Source: Tubiluchus corallicola (lineage: Eukaryota > Animalia > Priapulida). From it: 64,000 bases of DNA. The notes under the pieces were generated by a model. That model saw only the letters and a list, made by a program, of their open reading frames with translations, was not told where the DNA came from and searched no databases. The position numbers and the translations under genes are program-made. The stretch covers positions 372,001 to 436,000 of the forward strand of contig JAQGDQ010000100.1 of NCBI GenBank assembly GCA_030141605.1, in the 5' to 3' direction. Shown here piece by piece: positions 1 to 14,189 of this stretch (position 1 is the first letter of the stretch; every line of letters starts with the position of its first letter).

Positions 1-2590
1 CACATTTAATAATCATGTAAGTGATTATGTCGTCAACGAGAATAACTACTCAAGACGAAATCGCTGCAGCTGCGGCATGGCGGTGTAACGCTTTATTTGC
101 TTTTAGTAAAAAAGGAAAATAACATAAAAAAGCGAGGAAACGCATACAAGCCAAATGTCTGTCAGAAATGCTGACAGAACAGCCACAAGGCAGACAGGTG
201 GTTTAGACTCCTGCTTATACGTTCACTGTGCAATGACTATATAGAATAGTTTTCTATACTCTGCAATGTTAATTATATTGACACTGTAGAGAAACATAAA
301 AGAAACGTGGAAATGTATACAATGGCAATTCAACAAACACTGAATAACAGCAGAACTTTGCCTGTGGCTTAGGATAACACCAGTAATGCGTTTTATCCTT
401 TGTAAAAGCGGGAGTGTTAGGAACTTGCAATGTTGAAAGTACGAGTTCGCATTTCTTTGTTTGAAAAAAATAAAATATAGCTATTTATAACTTTTCGCTG
501 AATTATTGTAATGTAAAATTATGCCATTAAAGAGAACAAACACAACGAGTGAAATGGTTCATGCGTTTCCTAGATCAACGACCTTAATTAATAAATCATA
601 CACATTTGCTGTGTCTCGTCTTTTTGCGTTGCAGGAAGCACACGCTGAATTTGCTCTGCTTTCTTTATAATAATTTTGAAATTAAACGAATAAGTGACTG
701 TTTTGTAAATGACACAAAAGAATTTTGTAATATAACTTTTAACTTCGCTATATTTACTGCCAGACTGCCAGTATGCATGACGGCCAGCATGCATGAGGTT
801 TGTATATACTGTTCAGGGGTTGTGCAAACTCCCAAGTGTAGTAAAGTAAATTATGCAAAGGTCGGCGCCTCTGCAGAATTTTGTACAATTTAGTATATTT
901 AAGGATTTACTTTATTATTTAAAGGGTAGCATCAATTATACAATTATATGGAATCAGTTTGGCACAATAATCGTGGGAAAACCGTATTCAAAGAAAGTCA
1001 AAAGACAGGCGCGAAAAGTCACCATAAATTAACGCTCTATTATAATAATTACATTCCAGGCCACCCGGCAGAAACAGAAGAATCTTGTACAAGAAACATA
1101 ACGGTCTATTATTTGGGGTCTGGTCCTAAGTGAAATGCCGCACCACATCCGTATGCAAATCTAATTTTAACGGCTTACCTGAAAAACTATGACGCCGGAT
1201 AGGTAAATTTACTCAACCAACTTTTGAAAGAAATTGACAGTACCTTGGAACAGTCATGTATAGAATTGACAAGTTCCTTAGCACGTCTACAGAAGTTAAC
1301 AGAACAAAACTGAGCAAAGTATATGTATCGCATATACTGTATTCTTATGCATACCTATCTTGCATACCTATCTCTATTTCTATTTTCGATATACCTCTAA
1401 ACAAATAAATATAGTCTTTATGTTCTTCATTTGCAAACTTCATAAAGTACAACGAAATTATTGGCATATTGGCAAACTGACATAGTTGACATTTTATAAG
1501 ATTAGAATAATGAATCAGAACCTAAAATCTTAACGATTTTACTAAGCTGTTGGCTCTAGATTCGTAAAAGAAATTTTATAAAATAATGCGTCAGTGTTCA
1601 CTATGAAATCCATTCCCATACATATATACAATTTTACATTACAGTGTTAGCAAAACTAGAATCAATGATAAAAGTTGCTTTGGTGAGTTCGGCATGCACT
1701 CACATATAGACAAGGATAAAAAAGTATAAAAACAAATGAAGCATGTGAAAAAGTCTTTCTCGCACGGGATCTGCAAACAGACAGAAATGATAACTGTCGC
1801 TTGTTAAACAGCAATTACAACTGGATAAGTTAGAAAGAAAACATTTGCCAACTTGTTAATCTGTTGGGTTTGTTGCACTTAAGGTTATTTATTACTGTTG
1901 GTTTTGGCAGAGAAGGCTGCTTCTTCACATGCACTACCGCGATTAAAAAGAAGCAAATTTGTGGGATCATGTGCATACATGTTGTACATGTCACTGTATG
2001 AATCGTACGTGTTAGTTCGAAATGGCGAAGAAGTCGCAAATACAAATTAAAGCAAACTTTTAAGAAAAACTTTATTAAAGTAGTCCAAATTATTAAAATA
2101 ATCAAAAATTGTGATATTTCTAATATTAACAATTCTATGATAACAATCCTGAAAATGCACTTCTTGGTCAGAGATTTGATCTTGTCTAGGATTACATCGC
2201 TAGAAGCCAGAGGGCTAAAAAAGAAGAGCGCAAAACAAGCACGAGCGAACTTCGCTGTCAAGCACAGCGCGGTTTCTTGTAACCCATTTCAAGCAATAAT
2301 TTTGAACAGGAGGAATATCAGAATTGGCTTGAATTCTTAATGCCCTGAATGGGGCGAATAATAACAAAAATAGGTTTAATTGGTCTTCAAAAGGGTTGCC
2401 GCAATTTCAGATTCACTTTTTTGGCACATGTAAACAGACTGACTTAATTTACCTTCTATATGACTACAAAGTTTCTTATTTCTATGAATTACACACGAAG
2501 TTAAATAAACGATAAAATTTAATAGTAGACCTATAAGATTAGACCCTGGAACTGCATTATTTTATATCAGAGTAAAGTTACGTAACTCAC

Positions 2591-2910
2591 ATCACAGCAT
2601 TAGTGCGAGTGTTTATCTTAGCCGTCGCTTTTCCCGTCCTTTCTACATATCATAACATTGCTTAAATAAGCTTTTGTTTAAAATATGAGTCGAGGATGTT
2701 TTTCTTGTCGAAGTAAAAGCTGGCGTGTAGAAGGTGTACAATGCAACCCGTCTGGTGTAAAGGAGGTAAAATCAACACCAATCGGCGGCCAGGATCTGCG
2801 CCTTTTATAGCTCTCTGGTAGGGACTGAAGTCTAAGCTTAAACTTAAACATGACCCTTTCAAAAGTGAATTCATGCATGCCAGGAAAGTGCTCACTAATG
2901 GAAGACGTCA
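2591..2910 (-). promoter_or_regulatory. Candidate TATA promoter and non-coding first exon of a leftward gene
   Basis: Minus-strand CTATAAAAGG at 2801-2810, CRE-like GACGTCA at 2904-2910, locally raised CpG, and a splice donor GAT|GTGAGT at 2591/2590. Confidence 0.4.
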
Positions 2911-3353
2911 AAAGAAAACTTGGGCGCTATACAAAAAGGTGTTTCATCACAAAGCAATACACCGCAGGTGATAACTGTGAAGACATTAAAAATTAATCAA
3001 TGCGTCCAAAGGAAGATAATATAAACGAGGGTTAAATTATGCCTGTTAATAATTCAGCATTATGCACGCACGTTTTCAATAATAACTCGCTAGTAACTAT
3101 AATTTACATTCAGATAATTATTCTGTAAGTGGTATTATATAACTAACACTACCACTTAGGCCTACATGCATTGGCCATTGGCAATGGCTTGCATTGGCTA
3201 TTTTGATCCTGTACAGTGTACTTTGCGCAATTTGCTCATTCTTCAACAATACACAAGAAATTCATCAGAAAATTGCGTCAAACTCTGTATTTTTCATAAT
3301 GAAAATGAAGCAGTCTGTGAACTGTCATATGTCGCGGTTGTGCGAACGACGTA

Positions 3354-3521
3354 GGTAATATTAGTGTGAGTGGTTCAATAAAAAATTTCCACTACTACAT
3401 GGTAGCAGGGATGGGATACAAACCCACACCAGTCTTTTCAGGGGGGTGGGTTCGTACCCACCGCTGGCACCATGTAGTAGTGGAAATCTTTTACTGAATC
3501 ACTCACACTAAGGTGATTACC
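3354..3521. repeat. Inverted repeat (about 75-bp arms) containing a tRNA-Leu-like 3' half with CCA
   Basis: 3354-3427 is the reverse complement of 3446-3521 at about 85% identity. The stretch 3429-3472, CCAGTCTTTTCAGGGGGGTGGGTTCGTACCCACCGCTGGCACCA, resembles the variable arm, T-arm, acceptor strand and CCA of tRNA-Leu. Confidence 0.85.
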
Positions 3522-6500
3522 CAAGGTCTGCGTCACCCTAGTTTGTATTTTTGACAATGAAAATTATGCAACCTATAAACTAGTATATTACAGTTAGCCA
3601 TCGCACGTAATGTTTCCCATGCTGACTGAAGAAGCAGTTTAATTATATGCGACAGACAGGCAGGCATGCAGAAATCCTGAGTAAAAAGGGACTGTGAGAA
3701 CAAAAGATGTTTTTTCTATTTCACCAGGGCAGGCTTGCTCTATTGTGTGGAAAACAAAAACAGGAATGTTGACTGCTCGTTGGAATAAAGTGTGGCCAGT
3801 CTAAGTGAAAATGCTAGTATGTTGTTCAACCAAACAACGTCAGGCGACCAGTATACAATACCTGCTTCGTCGCTCCTTTAGGATAAGTTGTCAAACAGTC
3901 AGAAAAAAACAAAAAAGTTAGCTGCCATTTTAAACGTTTTGATTCCAAGCTCAATGGACTTCTTAACAGTATGCAAACGAGAGATGTCAAAATCAAATAT
4001 TAACTTGGTGGGTTCAGTATTGTAGGAAGTCTGAAACTGGAAACTTATTTCACTAAATAGTACTACTAACAGACGGACGTCTGTAATACGTATGCACAGT
4101 TTAGGGAATCCCAATACGTTGGGGAGTTTTTGTATGACGGTGTATTAACCTAACGGGTCACTTTGGGTTTTGAATGGCAATAGTAATGTAAGGAAGTTCC
4201 ACCGCAGACTATGGAACACATTTATCCCAAGAACTGAGCCGTAGTTCCTCCCCAATGCAAATGCACCAACGAAATGTCAATATCGTTTTTAACAGATGTT
4301 TTATATTTTATGCATGTGAAACGACCGTTCCCCTTCTGCCAGAAGTTTAATCTATGCGCCGAGAAAAATGGCAATCATAAGTTTTCGCGACACACGCAAA
4401 AGCTACACCAGGGTGACCTTTACCAAGGTTTTAGAGACGGCGCACTCTTTCAATGAATTGCTCAATTACTCACATTCAAGTTTTTAAATCGTTACAATTA
4501 GCGTGGCACAAGAAATAATCATTACCACCTTTAAGGAAATTATGGGACATTTAGGTAAAAGTTTTATTCTTAGATGGTAGAATAAAGCTCTGATAAAAAT
4601 GCTGCATAATGCTGTTGAAATGTGGAGCGAGAACTTGTCTGACGGATTTGAGAGACAGATGATGGAAGAGAGAGGTGACGATTTAAATGGTCTATACATC
4701 GACTAACATCACAATTAACAAAAAGTTTTGCAACAGGGAAGCTACAGTCTACAATCATGGTATTTAAGCTTTCTATTGTGCTTTCTTTAGTAATTGTAAG
4801 TACTTACAACGAGAAACGAGATGTGATAAACAATTTTACAAACAAACAAACAATGGCATCGAATGAATATAATTTCCACCACACAGAACCTGCAAGCCTG
4901 GTCCAATGTCATATTTTAGCACGGCTATAATCTACAGACAGTCAAGCGCGAAACTAGCCCTAATGTAAAATTGACTTAAGAAAATGTGGACCTTCATACA
5001 TTATTCTATTGGGCTGCAGTTTACATAAATATGTTAAACGCAAACAAAAAGTCCATCCACTTTATAGTTAGTTCATCTTACGTGAGTCGGTTGTATGTCC
5101 AAAACAAAAACACACGATTCACTGTAAAATATGATTATAACAACCAGAAATCAAGTCTGTGATCGAACAATTCCTAAATTGCGCATCTCAACCACTAGCA
5201 TCTGGTATTTCTAATATCTCCTAATCTGAGGGTACCTGACAGAGAAAATTACTCAAAGTAAATCCACGTTATCCAATATATGATCATAATAACAGATCAA
5301 CACTTTATGACCAATCATCTCACCTGGTGATTGTCTGATCAACCAGGTGTAGATAAAGCGAGTTTACCTGCTATTAATCAGACAAAGGTAGGCACTAATG
5401 GATGGCTCACTTTTGTCTTACCTGCAGTGAATCATAATCAGGCTGCTTAATTGCTTTTGATAACCACGTAACCAAGGCTGGTTCGCAGGTAATAAATGCG
5501 CAAATTATACAGGTACACCACTGACTTCTTGACTATCGTATAACAAAGTTTTAGCAATTTATTACGTGTTGCAAACCAGAAAACGTCACAGGTGATCACG
5601 AGGCGTGCAGATTAAGATCAAATTCCTATTTGCCTTATAAAACACGCAAAACCCCCACAATCAAGCACAACAGCTAGTTCATATTGTGCAGTTTAAAATT
5701 CAGCATTCACTTACAAATCCTAAATAATAATTGCGGAGCACTTTAGAGGTTCTCTACTCTACAGCCCTCGACTCACGTTACCACACCTGGCCAAGTACAG
5801 GAAAGACCATTGTAGGTGGTCAAGATGGGAACAACTGTTCTATATCTATCATGTAGATGCTCTGAACTAGTAACAAAGAAATTCAGTTTATGGGCGGAGA
5901 ATTCAGGCTCACCTAAAAGAGAGTTGGGACTCTCTTTCAGCTGAAGTACGAGTATTTATAGTAAGTGATCGAGTACGGAAAATGCCAAGGCTATAAATAC
6001 ATTTAATTTCAACTAAACACAAGGCAAATGAAACGATAAAGGCGCCAAAACAGTTCCTTGTTCGTTAAAACGTCCTGAAGCACAGACCCATTTTCACAGA
6101 TTTAAAACTTGTTAATAGTAGAGCTTTCAAAAGTTACGTGGAGGCATTATCAGAGAAACACAAAAAAGATCGGGCTCTCCAGGCTAACCATACAAAAAAA
6201 CTTATCTACGGCTACTGTAGTTTTTTTTTCATTTTCTGAAGATTTAAAAATCACTCGTGCTACAAATGTCCGTATTTATACACGGCTTCTATGAACTTAT
6301 GTCCATGAAACAAAAAAAACTTACAGTTTGGCTAACTCCCAAGATAATGTGATGATATCAGTTCGGACGACAGATTGAAACTGAAGTTAACAGAGACATA
6401 TTTACAAACACAGTTGCAAAACTAATCGTCTTACTCAATAAATGTATTCAATTTGTGAACTAAGCTACTAAAAGACTTACGTAATTTGAAAAGTTTCCTA

Positions 6501-6811
6501 ATACAGTACCTAATGAAGTCTCAAACTTTAGCTGGAATTCAGTTCAGCTGCTGCAATGGCAAGTTGTTACGTAAGACACTGACAGGTAGCCATGAAACAC
6601 AGAACGCAGACGTAGCCCTAGGATAAGCATGATTTAAAAAGAGTAGGATAATGGCTATTGAGAAGAACCCAATTTTTTTAGCATCATTTTTGGGAACTTA
6701 TGTGGAGACAGTTTCACTAAATAAGTTACATATATATATATATTCTACACATTTATTAATTTGTTGCGTTCCACTAAAATCCATTGACGCCACATACGTT
6801 TTTATCAAACC

Positions 6812-7044
<233 letters not shown>

Positions 7045-10000
7045 GATGACATTTTTTGAAGTGAAATGATGTAATTTTAGGCGTTTTCTAATTTTTTCAT
7101 TTTTTTTACTTCAAGAATTTCCAGCTAACTGTTTCTATAAGACAGAGATTTACCTACAAAACAATTTCAGTATAAACATGAAAGCAACTTGGTAGTAGTA
7201 ACTAATAAGCACCCATGTTGGCTGGAATTGAGACGGGAAACTCTTGACACCAGCCCAGACAATGTCCTGTCAGAACTCATTACAAGCGCCCGTAAACAAG
7301 ACAAAGAACAAGGGCAGAATTGACATGATCTACTGGATGCTGGAAAGATGGTGTTAATATCAATCACACCTTAGCGTTGGCTAGACAGGTAACAGATTCA
7401 CTACACCTGACCACACACACTGCTGGCTGACATGATGGGTGCAATGTGTGTCACACTTCTCTCCAGCCAGACAGAAATCGGTAGATATATAGAAGCACAG
7501 GACACACGAAGGAAGTGACACTTTAACATAGACAACACCAATCACCTCATTGGGGACAAAAAGCCATTATTAGATAATCTGCAATCTAGTGACAGACAAA
7601 TTATGGCACAGGACGCTAAGAAAAGTTGCTTTTATACAGAGCCAGGTCTTTATAGGCTGAAGATATTAACTCTGTAGAGCGAAGCCTAGTTAGTGTACTA
7701 ATGAAAGCACATCAGCTTAGCATGAATAGGGTATTTTAATTGTATGGGCTTAGAGAAATGTATCTCTGCTTAATTAATAGGTTAATAAAGCTTCATAGCA
7801 GAAAACAGGAAAGTAGCTTTATTATAGTCTACGTAATTAGTGTGTCTATTTTCAACATCCACATCTGACGTTACCTTGCGATTACGCTAACACGTCTAAA
7901 AGATCTTATAGGTATTACACATAATTTATAGCTTAGGTTCGGATGGAAATACTTTGCCCTTGAACACTAATTATCTCATAATGTATCTGCATTTGCGCTT
8001 TTTAAGTACTTTTAGGTGACAGAAAACAAGTAACAGAAAAGTCTAATGCGAATCATTTGCACTATTTGCATGATGCAAACCAATTAGCACTTTACAGAAG
8101 AGGTTACTAGCACTGTTATGCTTAATTAGACAGAATTAATAAAGAGAACTAAACTGCCATTACAGTCATCAATTTTAATAAAAAAGTTAAATCTCTAAGC
8201 TATGTTAATATAGAAAGATATTCATTCAAGATAACATTCTTGAAAACAAGTCTTGAACTTCTCGTTGAATTGTAAACTTTCAACTCTCAAACACTGAATT
8301 TAACAAATGCAGAACTTTACAATTTGTACAATTTAATAAAACAGAAAAACCTGTCCGCTCACCACAGCACTGAGCCAAATCTTTTAAACTACATTCCACA
8401 CTTTGAATGATGACCTTTGGTGATCTGGTGTCCCCTGTATTTACTACCTACTTACTACTTATTTGGCATTTTGGCCAGAATAAGGACATTCATATTCAAG
8501 ATGATGAGCTGCATCTCAGATAAGCTGTGACTTAATGTAATATTCTATGAGCATCTTTATTCCGAGGAAAGGTCACTTGTCAACAACATAAACAGTGCAC
8601 CTCTTGTTGCACTGCACACTAAAATTTGGTTTTGTATAATATATTTATTATTTGGGCACATACGAGTTGGTGACCTTTGCCCACTATCATGATCCAGAAC
8701 AACAATCCAATGATTACATTTTAAAATCAGTCTCTTCAAGTTCAAAAAATTTACGAAACCTTGTGACAGCATCAATTAGCCAACAAAATAATCTTGCCAT
8801 CTCCCTTCTACACGGTGACATTTTAATTTCGCCTTTTTGTACATAGTGTCAGTTATGATTTGGTAACCTATGAAGACACCCTTATTATCAGGTTATCAAC
8901 TTATCTCAATGCTTATTTGGCACACCTGGGCATATTTCTTACACAGGAGCCACACTTTTGCACAGGTGGCAATGACCAATTTGATCCAAGTTGAAATGCA
9001 AGTTTACAAATTTTCACTAACTTAATAGCCCAACTTAAGTGCCATGTTGGATGTTCAGCAAAGTTCGGTCATAATTTATAAGATTATTCTAAAATTGTTT
9101 TTGCTTTCAAGTACATGAAAGAGCCTGTTTCTAGGAAAACAGGAATTGACATTGTATTGTGATACACAATCTCTTTCTCATATTCCAAAAACCTTAGAAA
9201 ATAGTCCAGATCTAACATAGCAACATGATTTGCAAATCAAAATGTGCTTTCTGAAAGGATCATAATCTTGCTGTATTTCATCTAAATTAACATAGAAGCA
9301 CTGAAAATATTTCAACTTAGGGTGACTAAAACAACAACGGCGACATTACATAATATTTTTTTCTGTATTATGTATTTTTCTATTGATAAATATTAAGATG
9401 TATTTACCAATCTAAGTCTGCATCATAGTATTTGAATGAAAAGAAGTATAACCAGTTTATTTTCCATTGTTTTATATCTCAAAGGAAGTATGGGTTAGCC
9501 ATTAGAGATTTATGGCTTGTTTAAATTATAATACAGTTAAATGTACATAAGTGAAAAACAGTCCTGAGTGTAAGACTTTATTTTAACATAATTTTTATTT
9601 TTCTTCACGCAAATAATACAAACATATTACACTGCGATAAAAAAGTATTGCAAAGAGTCAAAAACAGCAGTGTCACACTTGGTAACAAAGAACGTAATAT
9701 CCTTTTAAACAGCTATGCTTTTAAACAAGAAGGGACAGTAAACACAAAAATGTGTCCCATGCTGCATATGGCCCTGGCCGTGTGATATGGAAAGAAGAGG
9801 CCAACTAAGCTAATAAGCTTACACTTGCACTTATTATAAATAAAATGCTTTACACACGTTCAGGCTAGAAACTCGGGAGGGCAGGAAAACATTAATTTTT
9901 AATATGGAAAAAACATGGTAACTAAATTGAGTTTATGTTATGGGATAACTGATACAACTTGTTACGTTTTCATAAAGCTTAGAATCCCATTCACCAATTA

Positions 10001-11375
10001 TTAAGCTAGGAGATAATGTAAATTTGCTATGTAGGCAAATTAGAAATGAACTTTAAGTAATATTTTTGAAAAATTACACATGAATAAATTTAGGGATGAA
10101 TTATTGCTGTTACCTTGCCTGCAGTTTTGAAGTTTTTACAATATTATTGTAGTAATGGTAATACAGGAAAGAACCTGAAGCACAACTAACCTCAAGATCC
10201 TTTAGGCTTAATCTGTTAACCTCCAGAAAAAATACAAAGTATTCATTTATAATAATAAAGTAAAGTTTCTTGACACTGTTGTCAAGTAACTTAGAAAGAC
10301 AATGCAATTTTTACTATCACAAGTATTTATTTCAGTAAAATTTAATAGTACCCGAGATCTTGATAAGAATTGTGACACACAAACTTTGCAAATTTAAAAT
10401 GCAATAACCTCTTAGATTAACTGTAGCTGTAATCTACACAACACAATTGTCGCCATACTCCCTGGACAACCATCCACTTCACTCGCTTGCACGTTGAAAA
10501 TAATTCAGTCAAGGTCAGTGCATGATACATATAGTGACTAATGCATAAACTTGGTTTTTACTGACTACAGCGTATAAAAAAAAAAGTTAAAATTTTTATG
10601 CCAACTAACTGCAGTCTACGGTTGTTTGACTAGAATTGCTTGTTGACGCTTTTTCTACATACCTGGCTGCTTGGCACAGCACAGTTGGTGGCTCAGGATA
10701 CTTATAATGCGTACTGGCCTTTGAACCTCTTTCTCGCTCTAGGTACCCTAGCGGATACTACATTCTCTATTTAGAATTATTTTACTGTGCTGAGTTATAA
10801 AAACAGAACATTCTCATTCAATATTTTTTGCTTATTTGTACACTGTGCAGTGCTTTAATTACTAACAGCCAGGCTCACTGTACTGTAGCTACTGTATCAC
10901 AAGGTATAACAAGCCTTCTGTAAAGATAACCAACACAGTGAATACTAAATCACTGTATTATCATAAAAACAAAATCAATGAAAATGCAAATTTTTTAAAA
11001 TAAAATCTTACGTTAGCGTTGCTGTGACTTCTTCTACATATATTCTGACGAATGTCTATAAAATGCATGGTTACCTGCGTTAAACTAAGCAAATTTTAAC
11101 AAAACGACCGAAAACGTACAACAACAATTACTGACTCCATGAATCGATTGTACAGCATGCGGCATGATAGATTGCAGTTCCATCTACCGGCAGTTATAGT
11201 TTAGAATGCATCATATGAATTCCTATTATTGGTAGTTTGATGTCTCTTGAACATTGAACTGCATCCACACTCCAGAAATATATAAAAAGATTAATAGCAC
11301 GCTGTACGTGCAGTTTCCGTTACAATGCTAGAAAAAGTTCCCGTTAAAAACACTGGTTTATTTATTTTGATTTAT

Positions 11376-12403
11376 CAGCAGGCGCCGCTTTATAGACTCA
11401 CTTTGGGACCCATGTGTTTGATACAACTAACCGGTTGAACCTTTTAACCGATGGATGTGGTTTTACTGGTATAGAATGAGTTGTCAGCTTAGTATGCACT
11501 GCAAAGCTTTTTACTGAATTTTAGAGAAGAAGTAATGCCTTAGTGCAGTTGAAAACTTAAAAATATTTTAAAATATTAATTTATATAAGTATAATATAAT
11601 ACGTATAATAAATTAAAAAGTATACTTTTTTAAATCGCACAAGTCTGTTTATTTGCAAAAATTACAAAAAATCCTTCACAAAGTCGGCTGCTTCATTTTC
11701 TCGCGAAGAAGTTGGCTCACATAGTTTTCATAATTATGAAAACGTTGAAAATCTGTTGCTGTGTAATGCACGTATGCTCTTAAAATATTTAGCGTTTGGC
11801 GTACTTAAGCTGCAGTTGACGGTGCCCTTGTTTTCTCGCAAGTGGTTTCGTACAGATTTGCGTCTTGACTCCCCATTGTAATCCATATTTTAAACTTCTT
11901 ATCTCTATGCTCTTATTTACCGTATGATGTTTACTCTTGGAAGTCACAAGGAATACATGTACTGGCTGATTACTGTCCCTGCATCTTTGACTGTTAACTG
12001 ATTAGGCATGAAAGCGTGATGTGCAACGAGAGCTTCAGAAGGAAACCGCTAGACAAGTGATTTAAAAATGTTTAGCTTTCAGAAATTCTTGTGTAGCAGA
12101 TTCAAAGCAAAACCGGTACGCTAGCCTATTAGCGCATGATAAACGTACCTGCTTAACATGATTATTATAGTGCACAAAAGCGAAATAAAGATGCCATAAA
12201 AGTAGGAAAGGCTCTTTGGGCACATGCAAATGTCTTATTTTAAGTATGTGAATGAAAAATATTGAGTCATTTATGCGGAATTTTTTAGTCAATTGGCCGA
12301 CAGTTTGATGTACATTTGAATAGAAGCGGCACGTACCAGGCGTTTTTGAGTCAATTAAGCGATTGAGTCTATTAGCCGTGTGCCTATTATCCGGCGCCTA
12401 CTG
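11376..12403 (-). mobile_element. Degenerate pogo/Tigger-like internally deleted DNA transposon
   Basis: Imperfect TIRs CAGCAGGCGCCGCTTTATAGACTCAC and GTGTGCCTATTATCCGGCGCCTACTG|TA. Weak transposase-like remnants on the minus strand (SSGFL, NGES, KQPTL). Confidence 0.55.
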
Positions 12404-12669
12404 TAATGATGAATCATGATGGGCAGGAGCAATAAGTATTATATCAGGTTTTCCATTAGTGACAAACCATTACATTTGATCGTAGGCGACATGTCAAGAC
12501 AATTTCCGAGGTAAGTTTGAAATGTTATGGGAAAAGGTGTAAAATTTTACGTCCAGACACATGCATTGTTTCAACTGTTTAAACGGAGAGCTAGCAGAGG
12601 AAACTATGAGCAAAGCATGTCTATTTCAGTTCCGTTCAGTTCCTAGATCTTTTAGTATCAAGATGAGCA

Positions 12670-13130
12670 ATTAAAGACTGCTACTCGGCTAAAAAAGAAA
12701 AGAAAAGAAAAAATTAAACCAAACTCCATATTCCAATCTAAAAAGATTAAACCAAACTCTTAATTCCAACCTCACGACGTCTGTTCATTACGCCGTTAAG
12801 AGACTTTCTATCATAATCTGAAACATCCTACCAAACGACCGTTCCTCTCTCATTTTCATAAACGAATGCAACGTAACAAAATATGCTCTTATGTTTTTTT
12901 AATTCTGTTAATACACAAATTCTATTCTGTTCAGCCTCTTCCATCTAAAGAGAGTATTTTAATAACATTATGTTAAAACATTAAATTATTTAATTTCCAA
13001 AGCTCCAATTTCATTAATTCAATATTGTACATATCAATCGTCCAACTTTCAAATAAGGTCTTGGTTTATTAACCATATATCTCCCAGCCGTAGAATAGGT
13101 ATGTAGTTTTGCTATAAGGGTTCCGAGGCC
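12670..13130 (-). mobile_element. Highly decayed LINE 3' remnant (RTE-like)
   Basis: Minus-strand fragments resemble the post-RT region of a LINE ORF2 (YKTxxxPILxYGxEIW, then MREER), with many stops and frameshifts. Confidence 0.3.
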
Positions 13131-14126
13131 TGCTAGAGATTTAGCTATTAAAAATTTAAAAAATGATTACGTGCAGTTAAGTGGCTGGACAATTGCACCG
13201 ATCTTAACATCATGTGTATTCAGTTATGAATCTGGCTTGCTTACTTCAAGTAAACAAGGCTTTGTTTCATATTCGAACCATTCAGGGTAACCAATGCTAC
13301 CTCCGCACTAAAGTCGGCTTCCCATTTAGTTTTGTTAATTTGGTTTTCATGGTGATAATGGCGACGACAGTAATGACTATGAAGTCATCTCCAATGTTCC
13401 CTGTGCTTTTCGACAGGGTCGAAATGCGCGTTAGAATTAATATTTACACAATTAAGAAAGTTAACCTTATAATAATTTTCACACGAGCACATTGCATTTC
13501 TTGTTGAGTAGGGAAACTGGAACTTCATGGTTGAGATTTCACTTCTGAACTGACACTGTCGGTCACAGCACAGGATCTTCTAACAAATCTCATTATATTA
13601 AACATATTGAATAAAAATTGAATGTAATTTGTGTTAAACTTATCGTTAGGGGGTGGATAATTACCCTTGTGGGTGCCACATGGCAAGCTTAATGGTTCTA
13701 CACAATGTTACATTATGTTTGCCCCTGCGGATCTCTCATATCAACGAGCCACTCTTAGATGAAACGATAAAACAAGATCTATCAGAATCTCTTCTTTCTC
13801 TGTTAACCTCTATTGTCCATCCTGTCTATTCTCTCACCGATATGCCCTTATTCATCATCTTCCCTTTCATGTTCCCGAGCGTCTCTTTCTCTTCAACGCC
13901 CCTGTTTGTTTTTGGGTAAATTGCTATTCCCTGGTCCTCCATAAGTTACAGGTATTAATTAGCTATCTGGAATTGACGGTAACGCATTGTTACTTGTTGT
14001 GCAATACCGAGTCATATTCATACTAAGTAGTGCACATTGTAGACACAGCTGTCGTATATTTGATTGGCTATACTAAATATGGTCAAGTAGGCCTTGTATA
14101 TACCGGAGGGATGAAGAGAGGGACGG

Positions 14127-14129
<3 letters not shown>

Positions 14130-14185
<56 letters not shown>
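14130..14185. repeat. (GA)n microsatellite, left flank of LINE
   Basis: Directly visible. Confidence 0.98.

Positions 14186-14189
<4 letters not shown>

Noticed and set aside
3429-3472. Functional tRNA-Leu gene
   Set aside because: Only the 3' half is present. The D-arm and anticodon are missing and CCA is encoded.
7408-7453. Short hairpin resembling a pre-miRNA
   Set aside because: The stem is short and mostly CA/TG low-complexity, and it matches no miRNA I recognise.
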